Positions 11,770 to 24,621 of a stretch of 42,438 nt of DNA are shown piece by piece. The translations under genes and the position numbers were made by a program. The DNA is from Octopus bimaculoides (taxonomy: Eukaryota): positions 15,429,462 to 15,471,899 of the forward strand of contig NC_069008.1 in assembly GCF_001194135.2 (NCBI RefSeq), given 5' to 3'. The notes beneath the pieces were generated by a model. That model saw only the letters and a list, made by a program, of their open reading frames with translations, searched no databases and had not been told where the DNA came from. Every line of letters begins with the position of its first letter. Positions within the stretch are counted from its first letter, which is position 1.

Positions 11770-12690
11770 AAACATCTTGACTATAATGCTGGCACAACAT
11801 CAATTATGATACCTTCCTGGACAACCTTATTAATTAAATGGTGACAAGACTGTATCCTAATACACCATATATTTTATGCACTTCAGAAGCAGTTCCTGAT
11901 GGACAAGGGGCTTTCACAGTCTTCGTATTAACTGCTGCCAACAAGAACGGTTGGACCTTCTCTTATGTTCACATTAGGACAGCTCTCACATGTAGTAGCT
12001 TTCCATGCCTGTCTCTATTTACGGTCAGTGAATGCAAGTCTGCAATTATCCATTTGTACACACATCCCAAACTTCAATTTCTGCAAACCAGAATACTTCA
12101 TAAATTTGATCCTCAATCTGTAGAATGTTAGCATATCTGTTTTGTTTATTTTTTCCCCATGCTAAATAAAGCTGTTTCCTAGCTTCTCTTCCAGCTACCA
12201 GCTATTCCCATTTTCCCACATCTTCCAAGAATGCCTCTTTGCTTTTATTGCTCAGTATACTTCTGTTCCATCATCATGCCGCCTTTCACCTGCCTGGCAT
12301 TTTGGACCAACTTCAGATTTGTCCAGCAACTCTATATGGGTTGTCTCATAAGGATAACCATTTAGCCTCTAAGTCATATATATATATCCACTTCCTTATT
12401 TCTCTTAAAGACTTTAATTAGTACATCACATTTTCAACTATTTCAAGGATCCCTAAGTTTCTAGGGCATTCTCTTCAAGATTAGTTGAAGTCTCTCAGAC
12501 CTTCTCACTCTAAGTGTCAAATCACTAACTGCTAACCTACACTGTGAAGTCGATTCTTTACCAGGGAATGACTTTGCATTCACAAGTATCTGCCTATCCT
12601 CCTTTCTGATGAGAACGTAGCCAATCTGGTTTGTGTGTCACCAAAGTCAGAGGTAATCAAGTGGTTAGTAGGTTTCCCAAGTTCTGAAGC
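11770..12690 (-). mobile_element. Old RTE fragment in the ZNF-B 3' flank
   Basis: Decayed APE C-terminus (YVLIRKEDRQILVNAKSFPGKE) through the RT start; paralogous to 30720-31690. Confidence 0.7.
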
Positions 12691-13138
12691 TAGGGTTGAC
12701 AAAAAATAGGGTGGGATTGAGAGCAACAATCTCCTACAAAACGTTTTTTTCTCAATTTTAAGAAAATAATCCCAATCTGGACCTTTGAAAATTTATCCTC
12801 AGACATTAACAAGGAATCAGTCTGGTGTGGGGCACTAAACAATACTTATGCCTCATGTTCTTACTTTGTGGTCAATTCTGTTTGGTACTTGGGGTCATTG
12901 TTTATGTATATATTTGACAATCTTACAATATTCCTGTGTATTTTACAATTTTCCTGTTTATATGTAATGAATAAAGCTTTTAAATGTATTGTAATTACAG
13001 GATGCAATATTCAAGAAAGAATAATGTGTAGAGTTGTCAGTGAGAGGAGGAGTTTTGGTAAAGAGGTCCTTACATCACAGAAAGTAAGGTGAAAATTACA
13101 AGAACAAAGCAAAAAAAATCTAAAAGTCTTGGAAATAC

Positions 13139-13144
13139 TTTAAT
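13139..13144 (-). terminator. Candidate poly(A) signal ATTAAA of ZNF-B
   Basis: About 50 nt after the stop; conserved at 19034-19039 (ZNF-C) and 32217-32222 (ZNF-E). Confidence 0.4.
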
Positions 13145-13195
13145 TTTCATTGCATAAATCAGAGGAATATTAAAAATATATTACAAAACAAGAAA

Positions 13196-14614
13196 CTACT
13201 TTTCCCCTTTCTTCCTTGTATGAATATATTTGTGTTTTGGTAAGTACCAACTTTGAGAGAATGATTTACCACAGATATCACAATGATATGGTTTCTCTCC
13301 TGTATGACTACGTCTGTGCTTTGCTAAGGCACCATTCTCAGCAAATGATTTACTACAAATATCACAGTGGTATGGTTTTTCTCCTGTATGAATAGATTTG
13401 TGTCTAGTCAAAGTACCACTTTCAGAGAATGATTTACCACAGATATCACAACAATATGGTTTTTCTCCTGTATGAATACGTCTGTGTCTAGTTAATGTAC
13501 TACTTTCAGAGAATGATTTACCACAGATATCACAGCGATATAGTTTATCTGCCATATGAATAGATTTGTGTCTAGTCAAAGTACCACTTTCAGAGAATGA
13601 TTTACCACAAATATCACAATGATATGGTTTCTCTCCTGTATGAATACGTCTGTGTCTTGTTAATGCACAACTTTCAGAGAATGATTTACCACAGATATCA
13701 CAGTAATTCAGTTTATCTTCCACATGAACGGATTTGTGTCTAGTCAAAGTACCACTTTCAGAGAATGATTTACCACAGATATCACAATGATGTGGCTTCT
13801 CTCCTGTATGAATACGTTTGTGTCTAGATAATGTACGACTTTCAGAGAATGATTTACCACAGATATCACAGTGATATGGTTTCTCTGCCGTATGAACAGA
13901 TTTGTGTCTAATTAATGTACTACTTACAGGGAATGATTTACCACAGATATCACATCGATATGGCTTCTCTCCTGTATGAATACGTTTATGTTTTGTTAAG
14001 GTATTACTTTGAGAGAATGACTTACCACAGATATCACAGTGATATGGTTTCTCACCTGTATGGATATGTTTGTGTTTCTTTAAGTTACCATTTTGGGTGA
14101 ACGATTTACCACAGATATCACAATGAAATGGTTTCTCTCCTGTATGAATATATTTATGTTCTGTTAATTTACTATTTTGAGGGAATGATTTACCACAGAT
14201 ATCACAAATATATTGTGCCTCTCCCGTATGAATAAGTCTGTGTTTAGCTAAGTGACTACTATTAGAGAAGGATTTACCACAGACGTCACAATGATATGGC
14301 TTCTCTCCTGTATGAATACGTTCATGTGTAGTTAAGGTACTATTATGAGAGAATGATTCACCACAGATCTCACAATGATATGGTCTCTCTCCTGTATGAA
14401 TACGTGCATGTGTTGTTAAGCTACTATTTTGAGAGAACGATTTACCACAGATATCACAATGATACGGTTTCTCTCCTGTGTGAATACGTTTGTGTATAAA
14501 TAGGTTACTTTTTTGAAGAAAGGACTTTGTACAGATATCACAGTCATATGATCTCCTCTGTTTTTTCATGGATTCAGCGGAAGTCAATTGCCTATTTTTC
14601 TCACTCTTTTCCAT
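13196..14614 (-). CDS. C2H2 zinc finger protein ZNF-B (16 fingers, 472 aa from first ATG)
   Basis: Open frame with leader MEKSEKNRQ..., 16 tandem fingers and a RKKGEK tail. The track start at 14629 is TTG; the first ATG is at 14614. Confidence 0.92.
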   Translation of the reverse strand: MEKSEKNRQLTSAESMKKQRRSYDCDICTKSFLQKSNLFIHKRIHTGEKPYHCDICGKSFSQNSSLTTHARIHTGERPYHCEICGESFSHNSTLTTHERIHTGEKPYHCDVCGKSFSNSSHLAKHRLIHTGEAQYICDICGKSFPQNSKLTEHKYIHTGEKPFHCDICGKSFTQNGNLKKHKHIHTGEKPYHCDICGKSFSQSNTLTKHKRIHTGEKPYRCDICGKSFPVSSTLIRHKSVHTAEKPYHCDICGKSFSESRTLSRHKRIHTGEKPHHCDICGKSFSESGTLTRHKSVHVEDKLNYCDICGKSFSESCALTRHRRIHTGEKPYHCDICGKSFSESGTLTRHKSIHMADKLYRCDICGKSFSESSTLTRHRRIHTGEKPYCCDICGKSFSESGTLTRHKSIHTGEKPYHCDICSKSFAENGALAKHRRSHTGEKPYHCDICGKSFSQSWYLPKHKYIHTRKKGEK

Positions 14615-15557
14615 TACTTTTCCTCTCAAATTCTAGTTTATATATTTTTCTTGCTTTTGTTTTTATATACTGCTGTATTTCTGTTCAGCNNNNNNNNNNN
14701 NNNNNNNNNNNNNNNNNNNNNNNNNNNNNNNNNNNNNNNNNNNNNNNNNNNNNNNNNNNNNNNNNNNNNNNNNNNNNNNNNNNNNNNNNNNNNNNNNNNN
14801 NNNNNNNNNNNNNNNNNNNNNNNNNNNNNNNNNNNNNNNNNNNNNNNNNNNNNNNNNNNNNNNNNNNNNNNNNNNNNNNNNNNNNNNNNNNNNNNNNNNN
14901 NNNNNNNNNNNNNNNNNNNNNNNNNNNNNNNNNNNNNNNNNNNNNNNNNNNNNNNNNNNNNNNNNNNNNNNNNNNNNNNNNNNNNNNNNNNNNNNNNNNN
15001 NNNNNNNNNNNNNNNNNNNNNNNNNNNNNNNNNNNNNNNNNNNNNNNNNNNNNNNNNNNNNNNNNNNNNNNNNNNNNNNNNNNNNNNNNNNNNNNNNNNN
15101 NNNNNNNNNNNNNNNNNNNNNNNNNNNNNNNNNNNNGAAAATTTTAGATAGTATTTTGCAGAAATACGTTTTCAGGAGAGTGTGGATTACATTAGATTGA
15201 AAATTTAAAGAAGTTTGAAATGAATAAGTGAAAATGCAGAGGTTATAGAAGTTAGAGTGGTACCAAAGTCAGTAGTGAGATAAAGAATGATACATAATTA
15301 ATCTAAAAAACACGTTAGTTCGTGTATGAAACCAGTAAAAGTATTATATTAAAACAAAAATATCTTTTTCATACCTCTTAAAATCACTGGATGTAATATA
15401 TATCATAATCCCAACTAGATTTTCCCTTTGCAAGTTTGGTCGCTGAAATGTGTTTCATTTTTGTGTGTGGGGAGAGAGAGAGAGTGCGAGCGGGTGACGA
15501 AGTTTAGCTAAGCATTCAATGCGTAACAATTTATCATAATTATATATATCATTATAC

Positions 15558-15790
15558 ATCATCATGAGTATAGTCTGCTTTCCATGCTGGCATGGGATTG
15601 ATGGTTTGACTGAGCCAGGAGGCCGCAATGTGACTCCAGTCTGATCTGGCAGAGTTTCTACAGCTGGATGCCCTTCCTAACGCCAACCACTCCGAGAGTG
15701 TAGTGGGTGCTTTTCAAGTGTGACTGACACGGGGGACCAGTCAGATGGCTTGAATGGTACTTTTTACGAGCCGTCGGCAATGGCGCGGCC
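15558..15790 (-). mobile_element. RTE 3' end in the ZNF-B intron (sense to the gene)
   Basis: CATCAT..TCTGCTTTCCATGCTGGCATGGG...GAGTTTCTACAGCTGGATGCCCTTCCTAACGCCAACCACTCCGAGAG. Opposite relative orientation to the shared ancestral intronic copy. Confidence 0.75.
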
Positions 15791-16725
15791 ATATCCCACA
15801 TAAAAAGTGGGATATGGGTGAGGGATCTGGTTCCCCCCNNNNNNNNNNNNNNNNNNNNNNNNNNNNNNNNNNNNNNNNNNNNNNNNNNNNNNNNNNNNNN
15901 NNNNNNNNNNNNNNNNNNNNNNNNNNNNNNNNNNNNNNNNNNNNNNAATGAGGTGGAATGAAATTTCCGAGGTTTCTACCTCACCCCACCCAGTTTTCCG
16001 GACCCCCAAAAGAATTTTGTAGCATATTAGGTCACCAGAATTCATTCACGAAAAAAAAAAAAAAGTCCTAAAATTCCGGGATATAGGGGGGGGGGAGATT
16101 CACCTTCACCCCTTTTCCCGGAGAAAAATAAGGAGCTTGCAGCATATTAGGAAGTCAGGGTACTTGATGTCACGCAAAAAATCCGGGGTTTTTTTTTCTT
16201 AGTGAAAATCGTGCGGGTGAAAAGGTCAAAATTTCCTAATATTTCACTCCACCCAATTTTCCCGATCAAAAAAGAGGTTCGTGGCATATTAGGAGGTGAC
16301 CGTAATTCATTCAACAGAAAACTTCCCAAGATTTACCGAAATTACTAGTAGAGGGCAAAAGCTCACTCGATCTCGATTTTCGGTACGAATACAAACGTTC
16401 GATAAATAATAACAGAATATCGGTTTCTGAACATTTCAGTGGTTGGAGAGTATTTCAGAATATTTCTTAAATGAAAAAAAAACAAAAAAAAAACAACTGA
16501 CGTGTCAACGATCGGGAGTGTAATGAGTAGCTTCCATAGCGAAAATAGCAACCAAATTCCGCACAAATCAAACCTTTCTCTTCCATAGCTAGAAATAACA
16601 GGCAAAATCCCACGCAAATCATGGACATCTCTCATTCATAAAACATAGAAGAGAAACTAAGAATGGACGTGTCAAAAAACGAACGGTTACAGAATTAATA
16701 GCACTGAAGATCTTCGTTGTTTAAT

Positions 16726-16930
16726 ACTTACGGAAATGTTTCATAAAGGACAGTGTTGTTATATATATGTGTGTATCTGGTGGCAGAGAAATGTATTATA
16801 AATATGTATTGTAATTAACAACTGACTCAGGAAAATTAACGAACAGCACAATTAAATGGATATGAACATCAAGTAGGTTGTACGTTCAATGCGCATGCGT
16901 ATCTCCTTAAGTTTATCTCCCTTCATGTAA
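16726..16930 (-). promoter_or_regulatory. ZNF-B promoter module, exon 1 and donor
   Basis: TGCGCATGCGT 16890-16900 (ACGCATGCGCA on minus); donor TTCC|GTAAGT with G at 16731. The downstream two motifs are degenerate. Confidence 0.6.
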
Positions 16931-16939
16931 CGGTTATAC

Positions 16940-17680
16940 TACTGCTGAAATGTGTGGGTGTCCTGTACGGAGGGACAACAGAGTAACAACGTTATTAGGA
17001 GAGGTTGGCTGGAAGGGCAATGGTAGCGGTTTCGATTCCGAGGCCGGGCGTTGTGAGTGTTTTTTGAGCGAAAACACCTAAAATTCCACGAGGCTCCAGC
17101 AGGGGGTGGTGGTGAACCCTGCTGTACTCTTTCATCAGTACTTTCTCTCGCTCTTTCTTTCTATTTCTGTTGTTCCTGTATTTCGAAGGGCCAGCCACGT
17201 AACACTTTGTGTCGCGCTGAAACTCCTCGAGAACTAAGTGAACGGTGGAGGGGTAAAGTGTCGTGTGGGGAAAAAAAAACAAAAAAAACAGGGAACACTT
17301 TGGCTAAGAGAAGTTGGTATGAGTAAGTTAAGGCACTAGTGAACCTGATAGGAGGAATGAATGGGTAGAAGAAAGGGACAATTGAGATATTAGCAATTAG
17401 CGAAGGAGAAACGAAAAGTGGCAAAAGTGAAAAATGATGGAAGAAATACAAAAAATGAGGGGCAGTGTAAAATGGTGGGGTTTTAGTAGATTACACGAAC
17501 TGTGAAGGGACACTGGGAAATTTTCTTTTAAATTTCCAGAATGAGTTTTTTTTATCATCTTTCAGAAATTTATTTAGTATTTTTTTTTTTTTTAAAGTTC
17601 GAAGGTTTAAAAGTTCAAAAGTTTCAAAACTATTTCAAAAAGTCTCAAGGTGTGATACAGAAATGTCCAAAGTTAAATGG
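16940..17680 (-). repeat. Upstream module (type A) of ZNF-B
   Basis: Reverse-complement homolog of 820-1282, interrupted by a SINE fragment. Confidence 0.75.
17016..17246 (+). mobile_element. tRNA-related SINE fragment
   Basis: B-box-like GGTTTCGATTCC 17028-17039, then GGGCGTTGTGAGTGTTT..GAGCGAAAACACCTAAA. Absent from the other type-A modules (compare 23385-23420). Confidence 0.6.
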
Positions 17681-17689
17681 TAGAGGGAG

Positions 17690-18360
17690 ACACTGGTAGC
17701 ATGTGGTCTGTGTGAAGCCTTGTTGCTGGTTCTTGGGTTATACTTCTGTGAATGCTTTCAGATCTATAATCCTTCCTCAGGCGTCCCATGGTGGTTACTG
17801 CTGGTGTTGCTTAAAGTCTCTGGAAGAAGTAAAGAAATTTCCAGCCGTCAAGTTCATTCCAGTAGTTGAGGCCAGCCACTCTCTTTCTGGTGAAATGTTA
17901 CTCCTTTATGCAGATGTTGACTGCATCTGTCCCCCTTGCCAGTATGTGGGTGGGGGAAATCCCCCTCAGCGATGGTGGTGTTGTATTATGGTACTGGCTG
18001 TTGTGGCCTTCTGAAAAGTGTTGCTTCACTTTGACGCAAAACTATTGTTTAGTCAATCCTATATATGTTTCCCTACAAAAACAGGTCATCTCGAATATCA
18101 CATGAGTTTGAAAACACAACTGGATGCTGTCTGTTGGATGTTTGCCTTTGATGGAGCACTGGTTCAGACAGCATGTGTCCAGTATGTTATTGTGGGAAAG
18201 GTAGTGTCTGAGGGTATGGCCTTACCACATAATTCTGACAGGGACGCCAGACCTTTTGACATCATTCTTTATCTGGTTCTCAACATGTTCCCCATAGTAT
18301 TAGGTTCCCCGGAGAGTTCTGAGTGCTTTAAAGCTAAATCTTTTATTGCTTCATTGTACA
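17690..18360 (-). mobile_element. Penelope-like remnant with GIY-YIG
   Basis: The minus strand reads VIFEMTCFCRETYIGLTKQ*FCVKVKQH; homologous to 6535-7330. Confidence 0.7.
17745..17792 (-). ncRNA. Degenerate hammerhead-like motif
   Basis: Minus strand CTGAGGA-AGGATTATAGATCT-GAAA-GCATTC. The core is kept but stem I pairs poorly. Confidence 0.3.
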
Positions 18361-18361
18361 C

Positions 18362-18620
18362 AACTAGGATACATTTGTTGCTATAATTTATGGGTCCCTC
18401 ACAAACGCTCAGAAAAGATTTGAACCGGTATTCCATTTGTGAGATGCTTTTCAAATGAAATAAAAGCATGCCTTTTTTTTAAACAACTTGTGACTGGAAA
18501 CGAAAAATGGATTGTAAATGAAAAAAATTCTGGAGTTTGCATAAGGAACCCCAAAAACAGTAACCAAAGACGAATAGCCATGCCAAAAACGTTATGCTTT
18601 ATGTTTGGTGGCATCATAAA
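18362..18620 (+). mobile_element. Decayed mariner (WVPH through first catalytic motif)
   Basis: LGYICCYNLWVPHK...FFKQLVTGNEKWIV (TGDEKW with D>N)...MLYVWW; overlaps in sequence with the 6050-6130 copy. Confidence 0.7.
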
Positions 18621-18634
18621 GGCAAAGACTTATT

Positions 18635-18929
18635 GGAGCAAGCGAAAGTGAAATCGGGATGGCACCTGTGCCCAGCGTCGCCTTTTTGGCACTTGTGCCC
18701 GTGACATGTGTAAGGATTTTCGAGCGAGATCGTTGCCAGTGCCCCTGGACTGGCTCTTGTGCAGATGGCACATAAAAGCATGGCCGTTGCCAGTACCGCC
18801 TGACTGGCCTTCGTGCGGGTGACACGTAAAAGCACCCACTACACTCTCTGAGGGGTTGGCGTTAGGAAGGGCATCCAGCTGTAGAAACTCTGCCAAATCA
18901 GATTGGAGCCTGGTGTTGCCATCCGGCTG
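18635..18929 (+). mobile_element. RTE 3' UTR fragment lacking its tail
   Basis: Matches 29690-30045 and breaks off at CCATCCGGCT, joining directly to the ZNF-C 3' flank. Confidence 0.85.
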
Positions 18930-19033
18930 TCAGCAGGAGGAAGAATTTTGGCATAGAGGTCCTTACACCGAGGAAAATAAGGAGTTGAAAATTAGAAAAA
19001 CAAAACAAAAAAATCTCCAAGCTGTGAAAATAC

Positions 19034-19039
19034 TTTAAT
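19034..19039 (-). terminator. Candidate poly(A) signal ATTAAA of ZNF-C
   Basis: Position conserved with ZNF-B and ZNF-E. Confidence 0.4.
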
Positions 19040-19098
19040 TTCCATTGCATAAAACACAGGAATATTAAAAATACAGAGCAAACATGAAATTATAGAAA

Positions 19099-20517
19099 CT
19101 ACCTCTTTCCTTTCTCTCCTGTATGAATAGATTTATGTCTAGTCAAAGTACCACTTTCAGAGAATGATTTACCACAGATATCACAGTGATGTCGTTTCTC
19201 TCCTGTATGAATATATTTGTGTTTCATTAAGTTGCCATCTTGAGAGAATGATTTACCACAGATATCACAGTGATATGGTTTCTCTCCTGTATGAATGCGT
19301 TTGTGCTTCATTAAGCTACTATTTTGAGAGAACGTTTTACCACAGATATCACAATGATATGGTCTCTCTCCAGTATGAATATATTTGTGATGTGTTAGGT
19401 CAAAGTTTTGAGAGAATGATTTACCACATATATCACAATGATGTGGTTTTTCTCCTGTATGAATAAGTTTGTGTTTTGTTAAGCTACTATTCTGATAGTA
19501 TGATTTACCACAGATATCACAATTATATTGTTTCTCGCCTGTATGAATGAGTTTGTGTTTAGTTAAGTGACTATTATTAGAGAAGGATTTACCACAGACA
19601 TCACAGTGGTATGGCTTCTCTCCTGTATGAGTACGTTTGCGTGTAATTACAGTACTATTTCTAGAGAATGATTTACCACAGACGTCACAATGATAAGGTT
19701 TCTCTCCTGTATGAATACGTCTGTGCTTTGCTAAGCCACTGTTGGCAGAGAATGATTTACCACAAATATCACAGTGATATGGTTTCTCTCCTGTATGAAT
19801 ACGTTTATGCGTAGTTAAGATACTATTATGAGAGAATGATTCTCCACAGATATCACAGTGATATGGTTTCTCTCCTGTATGAGTACGTTTGTGCTTTGTT
19901 AAGTCACTATTGTCAGAGAATGATTTACTACAAATATCACAATGATATGATTTCTCTCCTGTATGAATATGTTTGTGTCTAGTTAAGACACTATTTTGAG
20001 AGAATGATTTACCACAGATATCACAGTGATATGGCTTCTCTCCTGAATGAACACGACTGTGTTTTGTTAAGGCAGTATTTTCAGAGAAAGGTTTGTCACA
20101 AATATCACAGTGATAAGGTTTCTCTCCTGTATGAATGCGTCTGTGTTTTGTTAAGTGAATACTTTGAGAGAATGATTTACCACAGATATCACAGTGATAT
20201 GGTTTCTCTCCTGTATGAATACGTTTGTGTTTAATTAAGATACTATTATGAGAGAATGATTTACCACAGATATCACAATGATAGGGTTTCTCTCCTGTAT
20301 GAATACGTTTGTGTCCAGCTAAGTGAATACGTTGAGAGAATGATTTACCACAGATATCACAATGATACGGTTTCTCTCCTGTGTGAATACGTTTGTGCAT
20401 AACAAGATTACTTTTTTGAGGGAAGGACTTTCTACAGATATCACAGTCGTATGATCTCCTGTGTTTTTTCATGGATTCAGGGGAAATCAATTGTACACTT
20501 TTCACAATCTTTTCCAT
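19099..20517 (-). CDS. C2H2 zinc finger protein ZNF-C (16 finger units, finger 10 degenerate; 472 aa)
   Basis: Open frame with first ATG at 20517 (track start 20532 is TTG). The first His of finger 10 is Arg (CGC, 19639-19641). Confidence 0.92.
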   Translation of the reverse strand: MEKIVKSVQLISPESMKKHRRSYDCDICRKSFPQKSNLVMHKRIHTGEKPYHCDICGKSFSQRIHLAGHKRIHTGEKPYHCDICGKSFSHNSILIKHKRIHTGEKPYHCDICGKSFSQSIHLTKHRRIHTGEKPYHCDICDKPFSENTALTKHSRVHSGEKPYHCDICGKSFSQNSVLTRHKHIHTGEKSYHCDICSKSFSDNSDLTKHKRTHTGEKPYHCDICGESFSHNSILTTHKRIHTGEKPYHCDICGKSFSANSGLAKHRRIHTGEKPYHCDVCGKSFSRNSTVITRKRTHTGEKPYHCDVCGKSFSNNSHLTKHKLIHTGEKQYNCDICGKSYYQNSSLTKHKLIHTGEKPHHCDICGKSFSQNFDLTHHKYIHTGERPYHCDICGKTFSQNSSLMKHKRIHTGEKPYHCDICGKSFSQDGNLMKHKYIHTGEKRHHCDICGKSFSESGTLTRHKSIHTGEKGKR

Positions 20518-20858
20518 TATTTTTCCTCTCAAATCTCAGTTTATATATCTTTCTTTCTTTTCTTATACTTTATTCTTTACATACACTTCTACTGCTGTAT
20601 TTCTGTCCAGTGTTACCTTCGTTTAACAACACTTAGATATAGTTATCCAACTTTAATCAGCACTCAGGCTCTTCGTCTTGACTGTAATGTTCAGAAATTT
20701 TGCTAATAATATAATTCCAGAGCTAATGTTTCACAAGAATTCCTCCACAGATTTGTAGAAATAATGCTATACATCTGTTTTGTATATTTTTCTTTAATAT
20801 TTAAAACATGGTAGATATTGACGATGCTTCTTCTGTTACATCAATGCTGTCTGATGTC

Positions 20859-22697
20859 CTGAAATTACAGAGAAACAACAGCGTAAGATGTAGAGGCTGC
20901 TTAAATCATACAGATTCATTTTTATTGAGATAAATGGTAGAAACAGAACATTTACTTTAACAACTGAACTAGACTTCGACAGCTCCATAAAGAAGTGCCA
21001 ATCCTTCAAAGTAGATGGAACATGTGAAAATGGGACATCCCGAAAGACACAGTATAAAGTGCTAAAGAGCAAACTCAGGATGCTGAACCATTCATGTGAT
21101 ATGACAGAGGACCAAAATGTCTGGCAACTTGCTAAACCTGAGAAGCGTTGCACTCTACAATGGAAGTGTTAGGACTCGTGCATCTGGTGGTGAAAAGCAC
21201 TTGTGGTTATTCTTCATAAAAGCAGACTTGCAATGCCATGTAAAAGTGCCTCCATGTTGAAGCATCTGTGTGGTGCCACGTAAAAGTGCCTGCGAAGTGC
21301 CACATAAAAGCACCCTGCACACTCTGTAAGTTGTGGTTGACACCGTGAAGGACATGCAGCTGTAGAAACCATGACAAATCAGACTGGATTCTACTGCAGC
21401 TAGCCAGCTCTGGTCAAACCAGCCAATCATGGACAAACCCTCTGGTCAAACCGTCTAACCCATCCCAGCATGTACAACAGACGTTAAATGATGTTGTTGA
21501 ACTAAACATATAAATTTATTCAAATTTATATCACAGAATCTTGTGTAAAGCTGACATATTTGTAATCTAAACTGACACCTTCAAATTGTGTAACAGTTTT
21601 AAAATAAAACTACAGGATAGTGGACACTAACATTAGTTTTTGTCCAGAAATATAACTTGACCTTGCTGTTTAGTCAAGGTCAGTTCTGGTGGAGCAGACA
21701 GGTGATTATAGACATTCTTCCCATGAACATCCTGTCTATTTTTATAACATTGTATATCTATGACTACATCATCCAATACAGTCTTCAATATTTATAACCC
21801 ATAGGAGAAATTTAAGGGAAATGCACTGTTATTTCTAGTAGGTTGTGTGAACATATTGTGAGTTGCAGGACGTACGATTTTTATGACAGATCAAACAAGA
21901 ATAAACACTGATGAATGATGAAAAGTCCACAAAATTGCTAAAAATATTAACTTTGATTTCCAGGCGATCCATTTATGGGATAGGTTACCGCGTCAAGATG
22001 TAAACATTAAACATGGGGAATATGCTAGAAACAACAGCCAAGTGTCCCTTAAATCACTCACCGTTTCTCTGAAAATATGTAGTTTTTTGGGGGGTTTTTT
22101 TCAATAAAAAGGCTTTACCAATGGTTTTAAGTGCAGAGCGCCCACAAAATCGATTATAATCGGTCCAGAGAAGGGAGGATGCGTCTCTTCGTAAAACAGA
22201 TGCTCAAGAACTGAGTGAACTCTTGACAGTTTAATGGGTATACAAGTTGCCGAGACCCCGCCACCATCAAATATCAAACACGATTCATGAAATTTTGGTA
22301 CATCACAGCCGTCACTTTCGGTTTCTATCGTAAAATACACTTTTTTTTGAAGGACAATTTACTTTCATAAAATATACATTTTTATTTTAAATTCAAATTA
22401 CGACAAACGTAAATAAACAAACGAAGTTTGTTTTATAGAAGCATTATTGTTTAGGAATCGATTTAGCGGAGGTAAACAATACGCACACCACTCGTTTGTC
22501 TTCCATACCTAGACACAGCAGCCAAATCCCGTATAACTCAATCTCCCTCCCATAGCTAGAAATAGCAGCCAGATCTCGCACAACTCAAGGACATCTTTCA
22601 TTCATAAAACATAGAAGAGAAACAAAGAATCGACGCGCCAAAAAGTGAACATCTGCAGAACTAAAAACATTGAATATTTTCATGGTTTAATACTTAC
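20859..22697 (-). other. Predicted 5'-UTR intron of ZNF-C
   Basis: Donor TTCT|GTAAGT (G at 22697); acceptor TGTTTCTCTGTAATTTCAG ending at 20859. Confidence 0.65.
20955..21495 (+). mobile_element. Ancient intronic RTE 3' end (antisense to ZNF-C)
   Basis: Reads DSSIKKCQSFKVDGTCENGTSRKTQYKVLKSKLRML, homologous to the RTE C-terminus at 29450-29560, followed by a diverged 3' UTR and tail. Confidence 0.75.
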
Positions 22698-22900
22698 AGA
22701 AATGTTTCATAAAGGATAGTGTTGTTATATATATATATATGTGTGTATCTGGTAGCTGAGAAATATATTATAACTATTATAAATGTATAATCAGCTGATT
22801 AAGAGACGTTCAACTGGATATCAGCATGAATTGGGAAGTATTTTCAATGCGCATGCGTTTCTCCTCCACTGTAATATTTAAGGCACGTAAGTCTAATTCT
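22692..22900 (-). promoter_or_regulatory. ZNF-C promoter module, exon 1 and donor
   Basis: TGCGCATGCGT 22848-22858, GATATCCAGTTGAACGTC (minus) 22805-22822, TTAATCAGCTGAT (minus) 22790-22802. Confidence 0.65.
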
Positions 22901-23339
22901 TTCCCTTTAGGTATTAATATATTGCCGTTGTTATGTGTGTGTGTTCCATTCCGCTTTTTTACGGAAGATGCCCGACGAAGAACCTGCGTTGTGCTTAAGT
23001 GATGCACGGAGTCTGGTCGGGCGGTAAAATGTAAAAGGACGAGTGCCTCATATTGAAAGGGCTTGTGGCCCATAAAAAGAAAAGTGTAAGAGGCAAGTGC
23101 CTCATTTCAAAGACATGATAAATTGAAATTGTAAAGTAAGAGGTTTATAGCCTCAAATTGTAAATTTATGTATAAATTTATAAAAGAACAATGATTTAGA
23201 GAAGCGAAGTTCGGCGGGCGGCTCCTGTCTTCTCCCATTAATACCATATTAATCATCATTCATCTCATCTCATTAATGTTTTTGTCCAGCCCGTAGCTAC
23301 TCTCTGTGTACTGCCTTTATAGCAAATTGAATGAAATAA

Positions 23340-23490
23340 TGTGTGTCCAGTGGGGAGGTACAACGGGGTAATGACGTTATTGGGAGAGGTTGGGAAGGTG
23401 AAAAGAGGGAGGGGTAAAGTATAGTTTCAGAAAGAAACAGGGGACGCTAATCTACAAGAAGTTAGTATGGGTATAAGTTACGGCACTTAT
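23340..23490 (-). repeat. Partial upstream module (type A)
   Basis: Reverse-complement match to about 1110-1270. Confidence 0.6.
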
Positions 23491-23859
23491 GTTTTCCTTG
23501 GTTTGTGTTGAGACAATAAAACAACTCATGGAAGACGTTATTATGATTTTATGCGTTTATTTACTTGGCATGTTTACAACTGTGGATGTATCGCGCAATA
23601 ATACACACTATGTGTATCCGCTTTATTCACAGTTCATACTGTCTACTAAATGCGCTTAACAAAATAGTACTAATGATAGGGATATATTCATACGTATATA
23701 TAGACATGGATATCTAACAGCCCTTTTGGCAATGAAAAAATAGCAGTAATCTTCCTTACACCAGTGGATTGTCAAAGGTGGCAATCCTGTAGCAGAAACC
23801 GTGAGATTATTCTGCCCACTTACGTGGTTTTCAGCTTCCTAATCTAGGCGAAACTAGTT

Positions 23860-24030
23860 AGTATTTCCATTCTTTTTTTTATCCTCTTGTGTCATCTTTT
23901 CTAGGAACATCTTTTTGTAGAGGTTGACAGGTAAGATATCATTCTGCGCTCCAGTGTCAATCTTTAGCTTTAAGCCAATGTTTATTCGTTTCTTGCCTGA
24001 CTTCTTTTGAATTTGTATTGTTGTATACGC
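23860..24030 (-). mobile_element. Ty3/Gypsy aspartic protease remnant
   Basis: The minus strand reads NIGLKLKIDTGAQNDILPVNLYKKMF (DTGA codons 23947-23958), the retropepsin active-site motif. Confidence 0.65.
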
Positions 24031-24104
24031 CTCATTTTTTTCTGGTTGTCATTTCACATCTCATGTACATTTATAGTGCCGACTGCGAAGAATTCCTCCT
24101 CTGA

Positions 24105-24455
24105 GATTTCCAAGAGTCTCCTTACAGTTCATGTTATCTACTAAAACCTCGTCCTTTCACACAGCCTCAGCAGTTCATTTTTCCCTTTCTTCCATCATTT
24201 TTCAATTTTGCAACTTTTCATTTCTCCATCGCTAATTGCTAATTTCTTAATTGTCACTTTCTTCTATCCATTCATTCCTCCTGTCAGGTTCACAAGTGCC
24301 TCAACTCATTCCATTCTTAATTTCTCTTAGCTTAACATCCCTTGTTTCTCTCCTACACTACACTTTCTCCCCTCCCAACCTTTCCGAAGAACGTCATTAC
24401 CCTATTGTCTCTCTGTACGGTGCACGCACACGCATCTCAAAAGCAATCTACTGAT
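24105..24455 (+). repeat. Upstream module (type A) of ZNF-D
   Basis: Aligns with 900-1280. Confidence 0.75.
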
Positions 24456-24459
24456 ACAT

Positions 24460-24621
24460 AAAGGGAGAGAATTATTTTTCATGCTCTTCGTGTTGATATC
24501 TGGTTAAATATTTTCTTCATTAAATTCTTTTAATCAGCTGATAATAGTTATAATGTCTTTCTCAGCTACCAGATACACACATATATAACAACACCATCCT
24601 TTATGAAACATTTCTGTAAGT
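24460..24621 (+). promoter_or_regulatory. ZNF-D promoter module lacking the NRF1-like motif, with exon 1 and donor
   Basis: GATATCTGGTTAAAT 24495-24509, TTAATCAGCTGAT 24530-24542 and donor at 24616 are present. The segment carrying ACGCATGCGCA in the paralogs is missing. Confidence 0.55.

Noticed and set aside
15948-16340. Repeated GCATATTAGG..AATTCATTCA motifs with long homopolymers
   Set aside because: The stretch is next to a gap and looks like low-quality or decayed repeat sequence; no consistent period or termini.
17028-17039. B-box-like motifs (also near 140-150) as tRNA genes
   Set aside because: No cloverleaf or matching A-box spacing; they lie in SINE-like sequence.
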